Source: Microcoleus sp.
GTDB taxonomy: Bacteria > Cyanobacteriota > Cyanobacteriia > Cyanobacteriales > Microcoleaceae
Direction of reading: 5' to 3'
DNA: 64,000 nucleotides
NCBI GenBank assembly: GCA_042408215.1
Contig: JAYFMW010000030.1
Coordinates: 256,001-320,000, forward strand
In this document: positions 29,899 through 40,797 of the stretch, one piece after another
Layout of the letters: each line of letters opens with the position of its first letter
How positions within the stretch are numbered: the first letter of the stretch is position 1
Notes under the pieces: generated by a model
Seen by the model: only the letters and a program-made list of their open reading frames with translations
The model's database searches: none
Told to the model about the DNA's origin: nothing
Made by a program: the position numbers and the translations under genes

Positions 29899-31365
29899 TC
29901 ACCGACAATTATCGCAGTGCCCGCACCGCATAGATTTAGCTTCATTTGCAAACCCAAAAGCTTGCAGCAAAAATTGCCACCTGCACTGTCGGTGTTTCAA
30001 ATATGTTACCATTTCCTCAGCGACGGTAAAATTTGGTTTTTCGGCTTTTTGCTGTGCAGATTTATTGATAACATAATTAAAAGGATCTTGCCATTTTAAT
30101 TGTCCGCTACTGTCGAGAATCGAAAGGGCGATCGCACTTTCGGGAAATTCGCGGGAAACTGCATCTACATCACCTTTAACTGGCAGATTTTTAGCTAATT
30201 GTTGGGCTTCTCGATATTGCGATCGCAATTTATCTTGAAAAAACTCCCTTCTTTGTTTATCTTCTGGGTATAGCAAGCCCGTCGGTTCGCTAATTAACGT
30301 CAAGGCGATCGCCGATTTGCCGTCCCGTCCGCCTCTACCAATTTCTTGAATGTATTCTGATAATAGCAAAGGTGCTTGAAAGTGAACAACCCACCGGACA
30401 TCTGGCTTATTAATTCCCATACCAAATGCTGAGCTACAAACAACAAATGTAAGGGTTCCATTCAGCCAAGCTTTTTCTATTTGTCGCCGTTCTTCTGGAC
30501 TTAAACCTGCATGATAGGCTGCTGTTTCATAGCCTGCTGCTTCCAGCAAATTTGCCAAATTTTCGCTATCTTTTCTAGTACGAACATACACTAAACCAGC
30601 TTGTTTTGGTCGAGTTTTAATAAAATTTAATAATTGCTGTTTGCGTCCCCTCGGTGTCCAGACTGTTTGCACTTGCAGATGTAAGTTAGAACGATAAGGG
30701 CTTAGCAGAAATGCTTCGGGCTTTTGTAGTTGCAAGACATTTTTGATGATTTTTTGTGCTTCGGGGTTGGCGGTAGCGGTGAAAGCGGCGATCGCAATTT
30801 TAGTCCCTGGTGGTTTAGTTTTCAATAAAGCCGATCGCACAGTACCCAAACGCCGATAAGCTGGTCGAAATGTATCGCCCCACTGCACTAAACAGTGAGC
30901 TTCATCTAAGATTAAACCATTAATTTGTATGTGCGGCTGACTGATGATTTCCCAGACAGGTTTGCTGAGCAAGGTTTCGGGAGATAAATACAGTAATCTC
31001 AACTTATTCTGTTGCAGCGATTGCAGAGTTTGCCGGCGCTGCTGTGTTGACAATTGACTGTGAAGTAGGGCGGCGGGGAGATGGCGATCGCGCAATTCTT
31101 GCACTTGATTTTCCATGAGTGCTACCAGCGGCGAAACTACGAGAGTTAAGCCTGTTTGTAACAAAGCTGGCAGTTGAAAACAGATAGATTTACCGCCACC
31201 TGTCGGCAGAACGATCAGCGTGTCTTTTCCTGCTAATAAACTGCTGACTATTTCTCCTTGGGGCGGTCTAAAATCGTCATAGCCCCAAATTGTTTGGAAG
31301 GCGGCGCGGGCTTGATTTAATGCTGTTAATTCTGGTTGAAAGTTCATGGAATTTAGCTGATACAT
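29899..31365 (-). CDS. recQ: RecQ family helicase, short form ending at the Zn-binding motif
   Basis: PTGGGKS, DEAH, AFGMGINK, QEIGRGGRDG and CR...CGHCDNC motifs. Confidence 0.92.
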   Translation of the reverse strand: MYQLNSMNFQPELTALNQARAAFQTIWGYDDFRPPQGEIVSSLLAGKDTLIVLPTGGGKSICFQLPALLQTGLTLVVSPLVALMENQVQELRDRHLPAALLHSQLSTQQRRQTLQSLQQNKLRLLYLSPETLLSKPVWEIISQPHIQINGLILDEAHCLVQWGDTFRPAYRRLGTVRSALLKTKPPGTKIAIAAFTATANPEAQKIIKNVLQLQKPEAFLLSPYRSNLHLQVQTVWTPRGRKQQLLNFIKTRPKQAGLVYVRTRKDSENLANLLEAAGYETAAYHAGLSPEERRQIEKAWLNGTLTFVVCSSAFGMGINKPDVRWVVHFQAPLLLSEYIQEIGRGGRDGKSAIALTLISEPTGLLYPEDKQRREFFQDKLRSQYREAQQLAKNLPVKGDVDAVSREFPESAIALSILDSSGQLKWQDPFNYVINKSAQQKAEKPNFTVAEEMVTYLKHRQCRWQFLLQAFGFANEAKSMRCGHCDNCR

Positions 31366-31679
31366 TTGTTGGCGTTTAAAAACAAAAAGTGCTGATTTAA
31401 TAGTAGTTAATAATTTTACCTGAATTTAAATTATGAACGCAAGTGGATTGAAAGAAACTTTCACCTAATCTCTTCTCTTCTGTTCTCTTTCTCTGTGTCC
31501 TCTGCGCCCTCTGCGGTTCATTAAAAAAATATCTGTCACAAAGCCTTTAAAATTATAAACTGATATTTATTTAAGATTTTGAGTTTTGGATTTGAGATGA
31601 TCCATTCTAGATCCCTGCAAATCTCCGAATCTGTTGAAAAATCCCAATCCAAAATCCAAAATCCCAAATCTAAAATCCC

Positions 31680-32063
31680 CTAAGACTCCTCACCGTCTCG
31701 ACGACCAAGTTCGTAAACTGCGCCACCAATACAGGCGATCGTACCCATAGATACGGCCCAACTTGTGCCCAGAGACAATTCTACGCCCCAATTACAAAAT
31801 CCCCCGACAATTAAAAAGGGGACAATGCTCAATAGCGAAGCGTAAAAGGCATTTTGAGCTTCTCTAGCTTTGCGAGTCTTCTCAAACTCCGCTTCCGAGG
31901 TATAGAGGGATCTTTCGGCAAAATTCATCCAGCGGTTGAGTTGCAGGATCACCCATGCTGTGAGGGGCGAGAGGCCCCAATACAGGGCCAAAGACCATAA
32001 AGACGCACCGGCGATCGCAGTTGCGTCTATGGCAAAACTAAAGGGAAAAATTTCAGTCAACAT
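31680..32063 (-). CDS. Conserved cyanobacterial membrane protein, function unknown
   Basis: Three hydrophobic segments, NAFYAS and YELGRRDG motifs. Confidence 0.7.
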   Translation of the reverse strand: MLTEIFPFSFAIDATAIAGASLWSLALYWGLSPLTAWVILQLNRWMNFAERSLYTSEAEFEKTRKAREAQNAFYASLLSIVPFLIVGGFCNWGVELSLGTSWAVSMGTIACIGGAVYELGRRDGEES

Positions 32064-32368
32064 CAGCGGTGTCTATTTAAAATTTGAGATTTTAGGTGAA
32101 ATCCAAAATCCCCGGACTACTACCTATAGTTTCAAACAAAGTCTCGATCGAATTCAACCGTAGTCAGAAATTATACAGCTTCATTCTGGTTCGCGCCGCC
32201 CCGGCCACTCACCCGGAAGCCTTGACACGGGTTGTGCATGGAGTAAGATACAGGTTGATCAACTGATGCGCTGCATCGGGTAGAGTTCACACGCTATCTT
32301 GCCGCGAATTGGCGCAACAGACAACGAACAGACAACGCACAATCGCAAATACATTCTTACTTTGAGCC

Positions 32369-32986
32369 GTGAAAAAAATCCTGCAAGACTCTAGAGGCCC
32401 GCTGACGGTAAAACGCTTTTTTCGTCTCAGACAGATGCTGCTGCTGGTACTTTCGATCGGCATTATTTTGATTGGCCCTTATTTGCAGCAGCAGTTAGTC
32501 CAAGCTCAGTCAGCCTTACCAAGCAAAGTAGCCACGGGTAATTTGTGGCAAGAGGCTTCTTTCCCAGTCGAAAATTTTCAAGACTACACTTCCCCCTTCG
32601 GCCCCCGCAGCGGGGATTTTCATTACGGGTTGGATATGGCGGCCCCGGAAGGTAGCTACATCCGCAATTGGTGGGGCGGGCAAATTGCGGATGTTTGGGA
32701 AGATGGTAGGTGCGGCACTGCTATGATCGTGCGATCGGGAGATTGGGAACACATCTACTGTCACCTCAGAGGCCGGGTGGAAACTGCTAACGGCGGGCGT
32801 TATTATACCGATCGCGAAGGTTTACAAATTTGGCAGGGTCAAACAGTGCCGGCTGGTGCGAGAATTGCCAGAGTTGGGATGACCGGCCGCACGTCTGGCC
32901 CTCACTTGCACTGGGGCTTAAAGTATGGGGGCCGCTGGGTAGATCCGGCTTTGGTGCTCCGGGAAATGTACGCTCAACAATCTTAA
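32369..32986 (+). CDS. M23 family metallopeptidase
   Basis: TSPFG, HYGLD, YCHL and TGRTSGPHLH motifs. TTGACA...TAAGAT promoter-like pair at 32222-32249. Confidence 0.92.
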   Translation: MKKILQDSRGPLTVKRFFRLRQMLLLVLSIGIILIGPYLQQQLVQAQSALPSKVATGNLWQEASFPVENFQDYTSPFGPRSGDFHYGLDMAAPEGSYIRNWWGGQIADVWEDGRCGTAMIVRSGDWEHIYCHLRGRVETANGGRYYTDREGLQIWQGQTVPAGARIARVGMTGRTSGPHLHWGLKYGGRWVDPALVLREMYAQQS

Positions 32987-33666
32987 TTAGTGATTAGTTA
33001 GTAGTCATTAGTCATTAGTGATTAGTTAGTAGTCATTAGTCATTAGTTAGTAGTCATTAGTCATTAGTCATTAGTTAGGAGTCATTAGTCATTGGTTATT
33101 AGTCATTGGTTATTAGTCATTAGTCATTGGTTATTAGTCATTGGTTATTAGTCATTAGTTAGGAGTCATTAGTCATTGGTTATTAGTCATTAGTTAGGAG
33201 TCATTAGTCATTGGTTATTAGTCATTAGTTAGGAGTCATTAGTCATTGGTTATTAGTCATTAGTTAGGAGTCATTAGTCATTGGTTATTAGTCATTGGTT
33301 ATTGGAACCAACAAATAACTACTAACTACTAACAAACAACTCACAAATGACTGCTGACTACTGACTACTGACTAATGACTAATAACAGTTAACTGTTAAC
33401 TGTTATTAGTCATTAGTCAACAATCATCTCTGAGTGCAACCGGAATTGATCTAACAAATAACAAACAACTCACAAATGACTGCTGACTAATGACTCATGA
33501 CTAATAACTGTTAACTGTTAACTGTTATTAGTCAACAATCATCTCTGAGTGCAACCGGAATTGATCTAACAAATAACAAACAACTCACAAATGACTGCTG
33601 ACTAATGACTAATGACTAATGACTAATGACTAATGACTAATGACTAATGACTAATGACTAATGACT
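32985..33666. repeat. About 680-bp compound heptamer array (TTAGTCA then TGACTAA) with internal block duplications
   Basis: Directly visible between convergent genes. Confidence 0.95.
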
Positions 33667-33668
33667 TT

Positions 33669-35621
33669 TTACCTCGGTGTCAATTGTTTTTTAGGCAACT
33701 CGGTGTATCGATCGACAATTTGGCGGAATTCGTCACCGTCGATGGTTTCTTGATCTAGCAGAGTCTCTACAAGTCGGTCGATCAAAGCGCGGTTTTCGCG
33801 GATAATCCGGCGAGCTTCTTCGTAACACCCAAAGGCGATTTCTCGGACTTGTCGATCGATTTTAGTCGCCATTTCTTCAGAATACTCCGATCGCGAACCC
33901 CAATCCCCGCCCAAAAACACCTGATTGCTGGGACTTTCCAAAGCAACAGGCCCCAAATCCGACATTCCGTAGAGCGTTACCATCTCTCTAGCGAGACTGC
34001 TAACTTGTTTGATATCGCTGCCGGCACCGGTGTCGATTTCATCTTCGCCGTAAATTTCTGCCTCCGCCGCCCGTCCCCCCAAGGCTACCGTAATCCGGTT
34101 TAACAGCAAAGCCCGACTCCTCAAACCTTCGCTGTCGATCATTTCGTCGTCTAGCGTAAAGCTAGTAAAGCCTTCGATGCCGCCGGAACGAGGAATAATT
34201 GTCACTTTTTCTACCGGGTCAGCATTTTTGAGGATTGTTGCTACTAGGGCGTGTCCGACTTCGTGGTATGCTGTCATCCACTTTTTCTTGCTGTCGAGTA
34301 GGGGGTTGAGGGTGAGTCCGATCGTGATTCGGTCGATCGCGTCGTTAACTTCTAAGTTACTAATAGTTTCTTTGCGCCGTCTGGCTGTGAGAATTGCTGC
34401 TTCGTTGAGCAAATTGGCCAAGTCAGCGCCGGAAAAGCCAGGAGTGCGACGGGCGATCGTATCTAGAGCAACTTCTGGGTCGAGTTTTTTGTTGCGGGCG
34501 TGAACTTGCAAAATCCCCAAACGCCCTTTGTAGCTGGGTAAATCTACCATTACTTGGCGATCGAACCGGCCCGGACGCAATAAAGCAGTATCAAGAACAT
34601 CGGGGCGGTTGGTAGCTGCAATGATAATCACGCCACTGTTTCCCTCAAAACCGTCCATTTCTGTCAGCAACTGATTGAGAGTTTGTTCCCGTTCGTCATT
34701 ACCGCCACCTATCCCCGCCCCGCGCTGCCTTCCTACGGCGTCTATTTCGTCGATGAAGACGATGCAGGGGGAATTTTCTTTAGCTTTGCGGAACAAGTCG
34801 CGGACGCGGGATGCGCCAACACCGACGAACATTTCGACAAATTCTGAACCGGAAATCGAGAAGAAGGGAACGCCTGCTTCGCCTGCGATCGCTTTGGCCA
34901 ACATCGTTTTACCTGTTCCGGGAGGCCCGATCAACAAAACTCCTCTGGGAATTTTGGCGCCGATGGCGGTGAAGCGTTCGGGTTTTTTGAGGAATGTTAC
35001 GACTTCTTGCAGTTCTTCTTTAGCTTCTTCGATCCCTGCTACGTCGTCGAACATCACGCCGGTTTTGGCTTCCATTTGAAAACGGGCTCTGGATTTGCCG
35101 AAGTTCATGGCATTTCCCTGGGATTGGGTCGATCGGCGCAGAATCGCCATCAGCACTACCAGCACTGCGAAAATTACCAGCAAGTTTACTACTAAACTGA
35201 CTGCGGCGGTGTTGTCGGCGGTTTGTTTGACTTCAAAGTCAATTTTTTTGGCGCGGATTTGCGAGTACAATTCTCGGTTGTTGTAGTCGAACAAGGTGAC
35301 AACTTGCGCCGGATCCGTTGCTTTTTGATATTTTAGCTTAACTCTAGCAGTTCCTTGGATTTCGTCTACTTCAATTTTGCTGACTTGTCCTTTTTCTATG
35401 CTATCGATCAGTTTGCTGTAACTCATGGTGTTTGGCGCGGTTTGGGCAAATACCGGTGTCGAGAGCAATATTCCTTGAGAAAGTACCAAACTGCCCAGGA
35501 TACGCCAAAGATGCCGTCCAGGGATGGATGTTTTAGGACTCTGCCTCGACTTGTCTTTTTTTGCAACTAGATGCCCCAGCCATGAGTGTTTCCAAGAATT
35601 TTTCATATTTATTTGGCCCAA
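33669..35621 (-). CDS. ftsH: ATP-dependent zinc metalloprotease FtsH
   Basis: [27 protein letters not shown] and HEVGH motifs. Confidence 0.98.
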   Translation of the reverse strand: MGQINMKNSWKHSWLGHLVAKKDKSRQSPKTSIPGRHLWRILGSLVLSQGILLSTPVFAQTAPNTMSYSKLIDSIEKGQVSKIEVDEIQGTARVKLKYQKATDPAQVVTLFDYNNRELYSQIRAKKIDFEVKQTADNTAAVSLVVNLLVIFAVLVVLMAILRRSTQSQGNAMNFGKSRARFQMEAKTGVMFDDVAGIEEAKEELQEVVTFLKKPERFTAIGAKIPRGVLLIGPPGTGKTMLAKAIAGEAGVPFFSISGSEFVEMFVGVGASRVRDLFRKAKENSPCIVFIDEIDAVGRQRGAGIGGGNDEREQTLNQLLTEMDGFEGNSGVIIIAATNRPDVLDTALLRPGRFDRQVMVDLPSYKGRLGILQVHARNKKLDPEVALDTIARRTPGFSGADLANLLNEAAILTARRRKETISNLEVNDAIDRITIGLTLNPLLDSKKKWMTAYHEVGHALVATILKNADPVEKVTIIPRSGGIEGFTSFTLDDEMIDSEGLRSRALLLNRITVALGGRAAEAEIYGEDEIDTGAGSDIKQVSSLAREMVTLYGMSDLGPVALESPSNQVFLGGDWGSRSEYSEEMATKIDRQVREIAFGCYEEARRIIRENRALIDRLVETLLDQETIDGDEFRQIVDRYTELPKKQLTPR

Positions 35622-36139
35622 AGTTGAAGACTGCTAAGATTTACCGCTCTTAATTTGCTACGTTTATCTATTTTAACAAGCTGCTTCAATAAACTTACCC
35701 AATTCTCACCCAAGTTAGTTTTAGCATTATTTTCCTGCTGCGACCAAGGGAGTCGGCTCCAACAGTCCCCAGGCGTAAATTCCGTTGAAGCCAACCGTAC
35801 TTGCTCTGCGGGGGGCGCGTTCTTGATTAATGGCAGCGTTTTCGTCCCGATCGAGATAGTGCCTACACTGACAGTCCTGGACGCACGCTTCTACCTAAAC
35901 AACCCGGTTTCTCGCGATCGTCCTCAACCTAAAATGACGCAATTACTGCCATAAACCGGGTTTTTGTGTCCAGGACTAACTGAAACAAATTGCGATCGGA
36001 CAAGCTGGGAAAGCTTTTAGTCCAGAGTGTGAATTTTTGGATGAAAAGCGATCTGAAAGGTTTGACTAATTTGCTCAAAAGTTTGGTAGGAAATACGCGA
36101 AAATTGCGAGGAGTTTCGTAGCAGTAGTCAGGAGTCAGT

Positions 36140-36170
<31 letters not shown>

Positions 36171-36172
36171 GA

Positions 36173-36337
36173 TACCAATTTAATGGGTCGTTGCATATAT
36201 CTCGATCCCCCTCGCATCCCCCTTAATAAGGGAGTAGGGTGTGAGTAGGGGTTGACGAAAGAGCAGAATCTTGTTCCCCCCTTATTAAGGGGGGTTAGGG
36301 GGGATCAGATTCTACGGGGCCTCATAAAAAACTGGTA
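36173..36337. mobile_element. MITE with TACCAATTT / AAACTGGTA ends and TGA duplication
   Basis: TGA at 36170-36172 and 36338-36340. Carries CCCCTTAA..GGG hairpin cargo shared with 48372-48533. Confidence 0.7.
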
Positions 36338-36429
36338 TGAGTTATTATTGGTTAGTTTTGAGTTGTTATTTGTTGATTCGTATAACTAATAACTAATGAC
36401 TAATGACTAATGACTAATGACTAATTACT

Positions 36430-36660
36430 TCAAAATGGCATATCGATCATGTCTCCGAAGGGATGAGGGCCATCCATCGGCATCCTTCCTGGTTTTGACT
36501 CGTATTTGTCAATCCATTTTTTGGCCAATTCCAAAGCTTCCTCTTCAGTCTTGGCATTTTGGACAGCGACGTGGCGGTTGCCGCGGCTATCCCAAACCTC
36601 GACGTAGAATACTTTCTGGGACTGAATAATCCAACCTTTATAGGTGTCTGCGGGTTCCAT
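36430..36660 (-). CDS. Small hypothetical protein
   Basis: ATG ORF with protein-like composition in an otherwise non-repetitive gap. Confidence 0.6.
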   Translation of the reverse strand: MEPADTYKGWIIQSQKVFYVEVWDSRGNRHVAVQNAKTEEEALELAKKWIDKYESKPGRMPMDGPHPFGDMIDMPF

Positions 36661-36792
36661 AGTTAAAATCCGAAAAGAATCGGGCGGGGAGTTCGACGGT
36701 TGAGCTAATTTTGAATATTGCCCTCTATAAAATGAATTTTAAGGGGGTTTCTATAGTATTTTTGGAAAAAAGGCACTTTTACCCTCAACCTC

Positions 36793-37515
36793 ATGATCAG
36801 ACTTTTCAAGCAACTATTTAGTTGGAGAAAATATCTCCAATCTTTGGCGGGGGCGATCGCGATCGCCCTAATCGCCTCCCAGATGGCTGTGTTTCCCGCA
36901 TTGGCGACTGGTGTCTACGAAATGCCGGTGTTGTCGGCGGGCGATCGCACTTGGGTGTGGGACAAAGGCGATGTACTCAGCCGCAGCAGCGAAAGCACGA
37001 TTAGCAGCGTGCTCGACAACCTGGAAAAGCAAACTGGGAAAGAAGTCCGGTTTGTCACCATCCACCGCTTAGACTACGGCGAAACGACTGCTAGCTTTGC
37101 CAATCAACTGTTTGAACAGTGGTTTCCCGCAACAGAAGACCAGACTAATCAAATTTTACTCGTTCTCGACACTGTTACCAACAGTGCGACAATTCGCACC
37201 GGAGAAGGCGTGAAATCCCTGCTCACCGATGAAATTGCCCAGAGTGTGGCTGGGGAAACCCTGCAAGTGCCACTGCGGGAAGGTAACAAATACAATGAGG
37301 CCTTTACCGCTGCTAGCGATCGCCTTGCGACAGTTTTGTCTGGCCAACCCGATCCTGGTGCTCCCGAAGTTGTTGACAACACTCAAGTTGAAGGCACCTT
37401 TAAAAAAGCTGAAGAAACAGACCAAGGTAATGCCACAGTAATAGTGGTTGTGCTGTTGGTGTTGGCGACAGTGATTCCGATGGTGACTTATTTCTGGTAT
37501 CAAGGTTTTTCGTGA
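36793..37515 (+). CDS. psb32: Photosystem II repair protein Psb32 (TPM domain)
   Basis: RFVTIHRLDYGE, PLREGNKYN and a C-terminal helix ATVIPMVTYF. Confidence 0.88.
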   Translation: MIRLFKQLFSWRKYLQSLAGAIAIALIASQMAVFPALATGVYEMPVLSAGDRTWVWDKGDVLSRSSESTISSVLDNLEKQTGKEVRFVTIHRLDYGETTASFANQLFEQWFPATEDQTNQILLVLDTVTNSATIRTGEGVKSLLTDEIAQSVAGETLQVPLREGNKYNEAFTAASDRLATVLSGQPDPGAPEVVDNTQVEGTFKKAEETDQGNATVIVVVLLVLATVIPMVTYFWYQGFS

Positions 37516-37574
37516 TCGGGTGCTGCTAGATGGGATTAGTTGCCATTTTGTCAAGCATTTTTGGCAGTTCTTTA

Positions 37575-37958
37575 CTAATCTTGAACGTATTCTCGATCGC
37601 TCAATAAGGCAATTTCTGCCCGCACAAATTCCCGTCCCAAATAAGCCGCGTGATCTAACAGTGTCACCGGATTGGGGCGGGTTTCTTCTAAGATTTTGAC
37701 GCAAAGTTCTTTAGCGGTTCTGGCGGTAAAAAGTGTAGACTGAGTGCGTTCTACCTTGCCGCGGGCGGGGATGGGTTTGCCGGTTTCGGGATCGACGGCG
37801 AGGCCTCGATCGTCGATGATGTTGGTGAAATGTTTGGCACAAATTAAGCTGGTTGTGCGATCGAGATAGATGATGAAGTAGCCGCCTGGATCTAGATCGA
37901 TGTGGCGTTTGGATAGTTTGTCATCAATTGCGGTGAGGTTGTCCAAGGTTTGACTCAT
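37575..37958 (-). CDS. DUF4346 domain protein
   Basis: LDPGGYFIIY and LDHAAYLGRE...YVQD motifs. Confidence 0.85.
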   Translation of the reverse strand: MSQTLDNLTAIDDKLSKRHIDLDPGGYFIIYLDRTTSLICAKHFTNIIDDRGLAVDPETGKPIPARGKVERTQSTLFTARTAKELCVKILEETRPNPVTLLDHAAYLGREFVRAEIALLSDREYVQD

Positions 37959-38089
37959 GGTTGGCGAAAGGAAGTAAACAATAGCTGTAATTTTTGCTGC
38001 TATTTCTAGTTTAGTCGGCTGTGGCACAAGTTTGGGAGTTTTTGGGCGATCGACATTCTACGCGATATCTGTAGGGATACGGCATTGCC

Positions 38090-38286
38090 CATTGGTGTCA
38101 ACTTAACGTTAAACCCAGTCACAGATTGCTGTTTGACCATTAAGCCTAGATCCCCCCTAGCCCCCCTTAAGAAGGGGGGGACAGGAGTCCGATCAAAGTC
38201 CCCCTTCTTAAGGGGGATTTAGGGGGATCTAGACTCAGGTAAAAACCAGATTTCTCAGGGCTTTCAGGCTTAAGTTGACACCAATG
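38090..38286. mobile_element. 197-bp MITE, CATTGGTGTCAACTTAA ends, 9-bp duplication GGCATTGCC
   Basis: Duplication at 38081-38089 and 38287-38295. Confidence 0.9.
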
Positions 38287-38711
38287 GGCATTGCCGTCTC
38301 CGGGGGGGTCATTCGATTTTAGATTTTAGATTTTAGATTTGGGATTTGGGATTGATCCCACGGATAAATTCGGGGGCTTGAGGATTTTAGATTTGGGATT
38401 TTAGATTTGGGATTTGGGATTTGGGATTGATTCCACGGATAAATCCGGGGGCTTGTACCATCAATAAATTATGGGTCAAAAACCCGGTTTCTATGTCAAT
38501 ATCTCTCACAGAGATGCACGATTTTTCTCAGAAACCGGGGTTTTTGGTCTGAGTCCTAATCTATAGGGACAGGGAAATGCCGATCGGGGTTCTGCGACTT
38601 TTAAGGATTGGGATAATTAACCGCAGAGGGCGCAGAGAACGCAGAGGGAAAGAAGAGAGAGAAACAAAATATGTTATTATTGGTTGAGTAACATTGAGGA
38701 TTAAATTATAA

Positions 38712-39747
38712 ATGAAATTTATAGATTTGTTTTCGGGAATAGGAGGTTTCAGACAAGGTTTTGAAAAAATTGGCTTTGAATGCGTTTTTTCCTGCGAAAT
38801 TAACAGTAAATGCCGTGAAGTTTACACGGAAAATTTCGGCGAAGTGCCTTTGGGAGATATCAGTAAAATTAATCCAGCCGATTTAGCAGACTTTGATGTT
38901 TTAGTCGCAGGGTTTCCGTGTCAACCTTTTAGTATCTGCGGCAAAAAGCTAGGTTTTGAAGATACTAGAGGTACGCTTGTTTTTCGAGATTTGTAAAATC
39001 ATCAAAGTAAAACAACCCCAAGTTGTTGTTCTGGAAAATGTCAAGCACTTAATCCATCACGACAAGGGAAATACCCTAAAAGTAATTATTGCCAGTCTGA
39101 GAGAGTTGGGGTACAGCGTAAATTATCAAATTCTGAATGCTAAAGATTTTGGAATTGCTCAACATCGTGAAAGAATATTCATTATTGCAACTAAAGGTAA
39201 AGAATTCAATTTTTCTCGACTTAAAACCAAGTTTCCTCCGCAACTCAGGGATTTTCTAGACGAGACTGGGGATTTTGAAATCTTGGACAAATCTGAGTAT
39301 ACTTTAATTGATGCTCCGAGAAAGCAAGATTCGGGACTTGTATTTGTAGGTTACAGAAATAAAGGTACTTGGAAAACTGGCGTGAGGCCGAATACAGAAC
39401 ATTTATCGAGGGTTCACAGACAGCCAAATCGCATTTATTCGGTGGATGGCGTGCATCCGACAATTCCTTCGCAAGAAACATCGGGCAGGTTTTTTATCTA
39501 TTTTCCTGAGCAAGATATGGTGAGAAAGTTGACGCTGAAGGAATGTTACCGTCTGATGGGTTTTCCTGAAGATTTTAAAAGTTATCCGAGTGCGGGGGAA
39601 AGTTATAAGCAAATTGGGAATTCGGTTTGTGTGCCGGTGGTGGTGGCGATTGCTAAAGAAATATTAAGTCAAAATTTATTGTTAAATAAAACGAAGGAAT
39701 TGCCATCTGATGCACTCCGAGAATATTTATCGTTCATGCTTCATTAA
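38712..39747 (+). pseudogene. DNA (cytosine-5)-methyltransferase split by a +1 frameshift near 38976
   Basis: FSGIGG and GFPCQPFS in ORF1. ENV, QHRERIF and QIGNSV in ORF2. Deleting one C gives RGTLFFEI. Confidence 0.9.
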
Positions 39748-40142
39748 ACCACTTTAGCCGATGGACTAATATTACCGCTGAAGTAAGAGCTTTCGAGCCA
39801 TATTCCTCACTCTTCTGATGATAAGTGTAAGCTTTACCATCGGCATTAGATGGGCAGAATAACATAACTCTACAATCAGCATTTATATTTTGCCAAGCAA
39901 GTCTAATAGTACCTATCGTCTGTACCAGTAGAGCATTTAGGAAAACTGTTACCCAAAATATCATAGGCCTCAACAACCAATTTCATCGCTGTCCTGAAAG
40001 CATATTCATTCGGCCTCAAAATCCCGTACTTATCCTCTTATTCTAAATCTAAAAGTTCGATTAGACGTTCGATAGTGATGCGGAAATTTGATAATCCCTT
40101 AGTGTTACTGCTGTCAGTAATCTGTTCTTTAGTTACAGTCAT
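39734..40142 (-). pseudogene. Decayed hypothetical gene (partner A of a two-gene cassette)
   Basis: MTVTKE...LLDLE*EDKYGILRPNEYAF...FPKCSTGTDD, then a frameshift into GTIRLAW...KWFNEA*. Confidence 0.65.
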
Positions 40143-40223
40143 AAAATTAAATCCCTTTTAGGCGATCGCTAATTCGATCCTAACACAGTCTAATGCTGTG
40201 GAATTATCAGACAACTTGCTGTA

Positions 40224-40743
40224 CTATATTCGCGAAGGTATCCATACAAGTCTCGATCGTTCTGCTAACAAATCAGCCAGCAAATCAGCCCTTTCAGCGT
40301 CATCTTCAGCGTTAGGTAGACCTGCGCTCTCAGCGTGGATCTAGAGTCAGGAATTATATCGTTTCCGGTTGCATCGGTATTGTTCAAACCATCAACAGCC
40401 AACAGTCAACAGTCAACAGTCAACAGTCAACAGTCAACATCACCTGACGGTGCAACCGGAATTGATATTACATCTAAACCTAACTCGCGAATGCCACCTA
40501 CCTCAAGACAAGCAACTCCATAACACGTTCTGAATCTTGCAGCACATTGTTCAGGAGAACAAACACTCGCAATGTTTACAGAAAGACCCTGTTCGTTTTT
40601 ATTTTTACGCAAGTAGTAAGCTTCAGATTCAACCAGTCTAGTATCCTCATCTATCCACTGTTTGCGAAGTAATCCCCGGTAGAAAATAGCCCTATTAGAT
40701 AGTGGTTAAAACTCTGCCTGATCCTAAAATTTTGTTCATTCAT
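40224..40743 (-). pseudogene. Decayed hypothetical gene (partner T), interrupted by a MITE
   Basis: IFYRGLLRKQW...AYYLRKNKNEQGLSV...IRELGLDV[MITE]IPD...HAESAGLP...LAERSR with frameshifts. Confidence 0.65.
40357..40467. mobile_element. MITE of the TATCAATTCCGG family, TTA duplication, carrying heptamer repeats
   Basis: TTA at 40354-40356 and 40468-40470. Confidence 0.85.
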
Positions 40744-40797
40744 GCTTCATTAAACCACTGTAGCCTCGCGACTAATCCCCATTGACAACGGATGCGA

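Noticed and set aside
38960..38996. Programmed frameshift or phase variation in the C5 methylase
   Set aside because: No canonical slippery heptamer or long simple repeat at the site.
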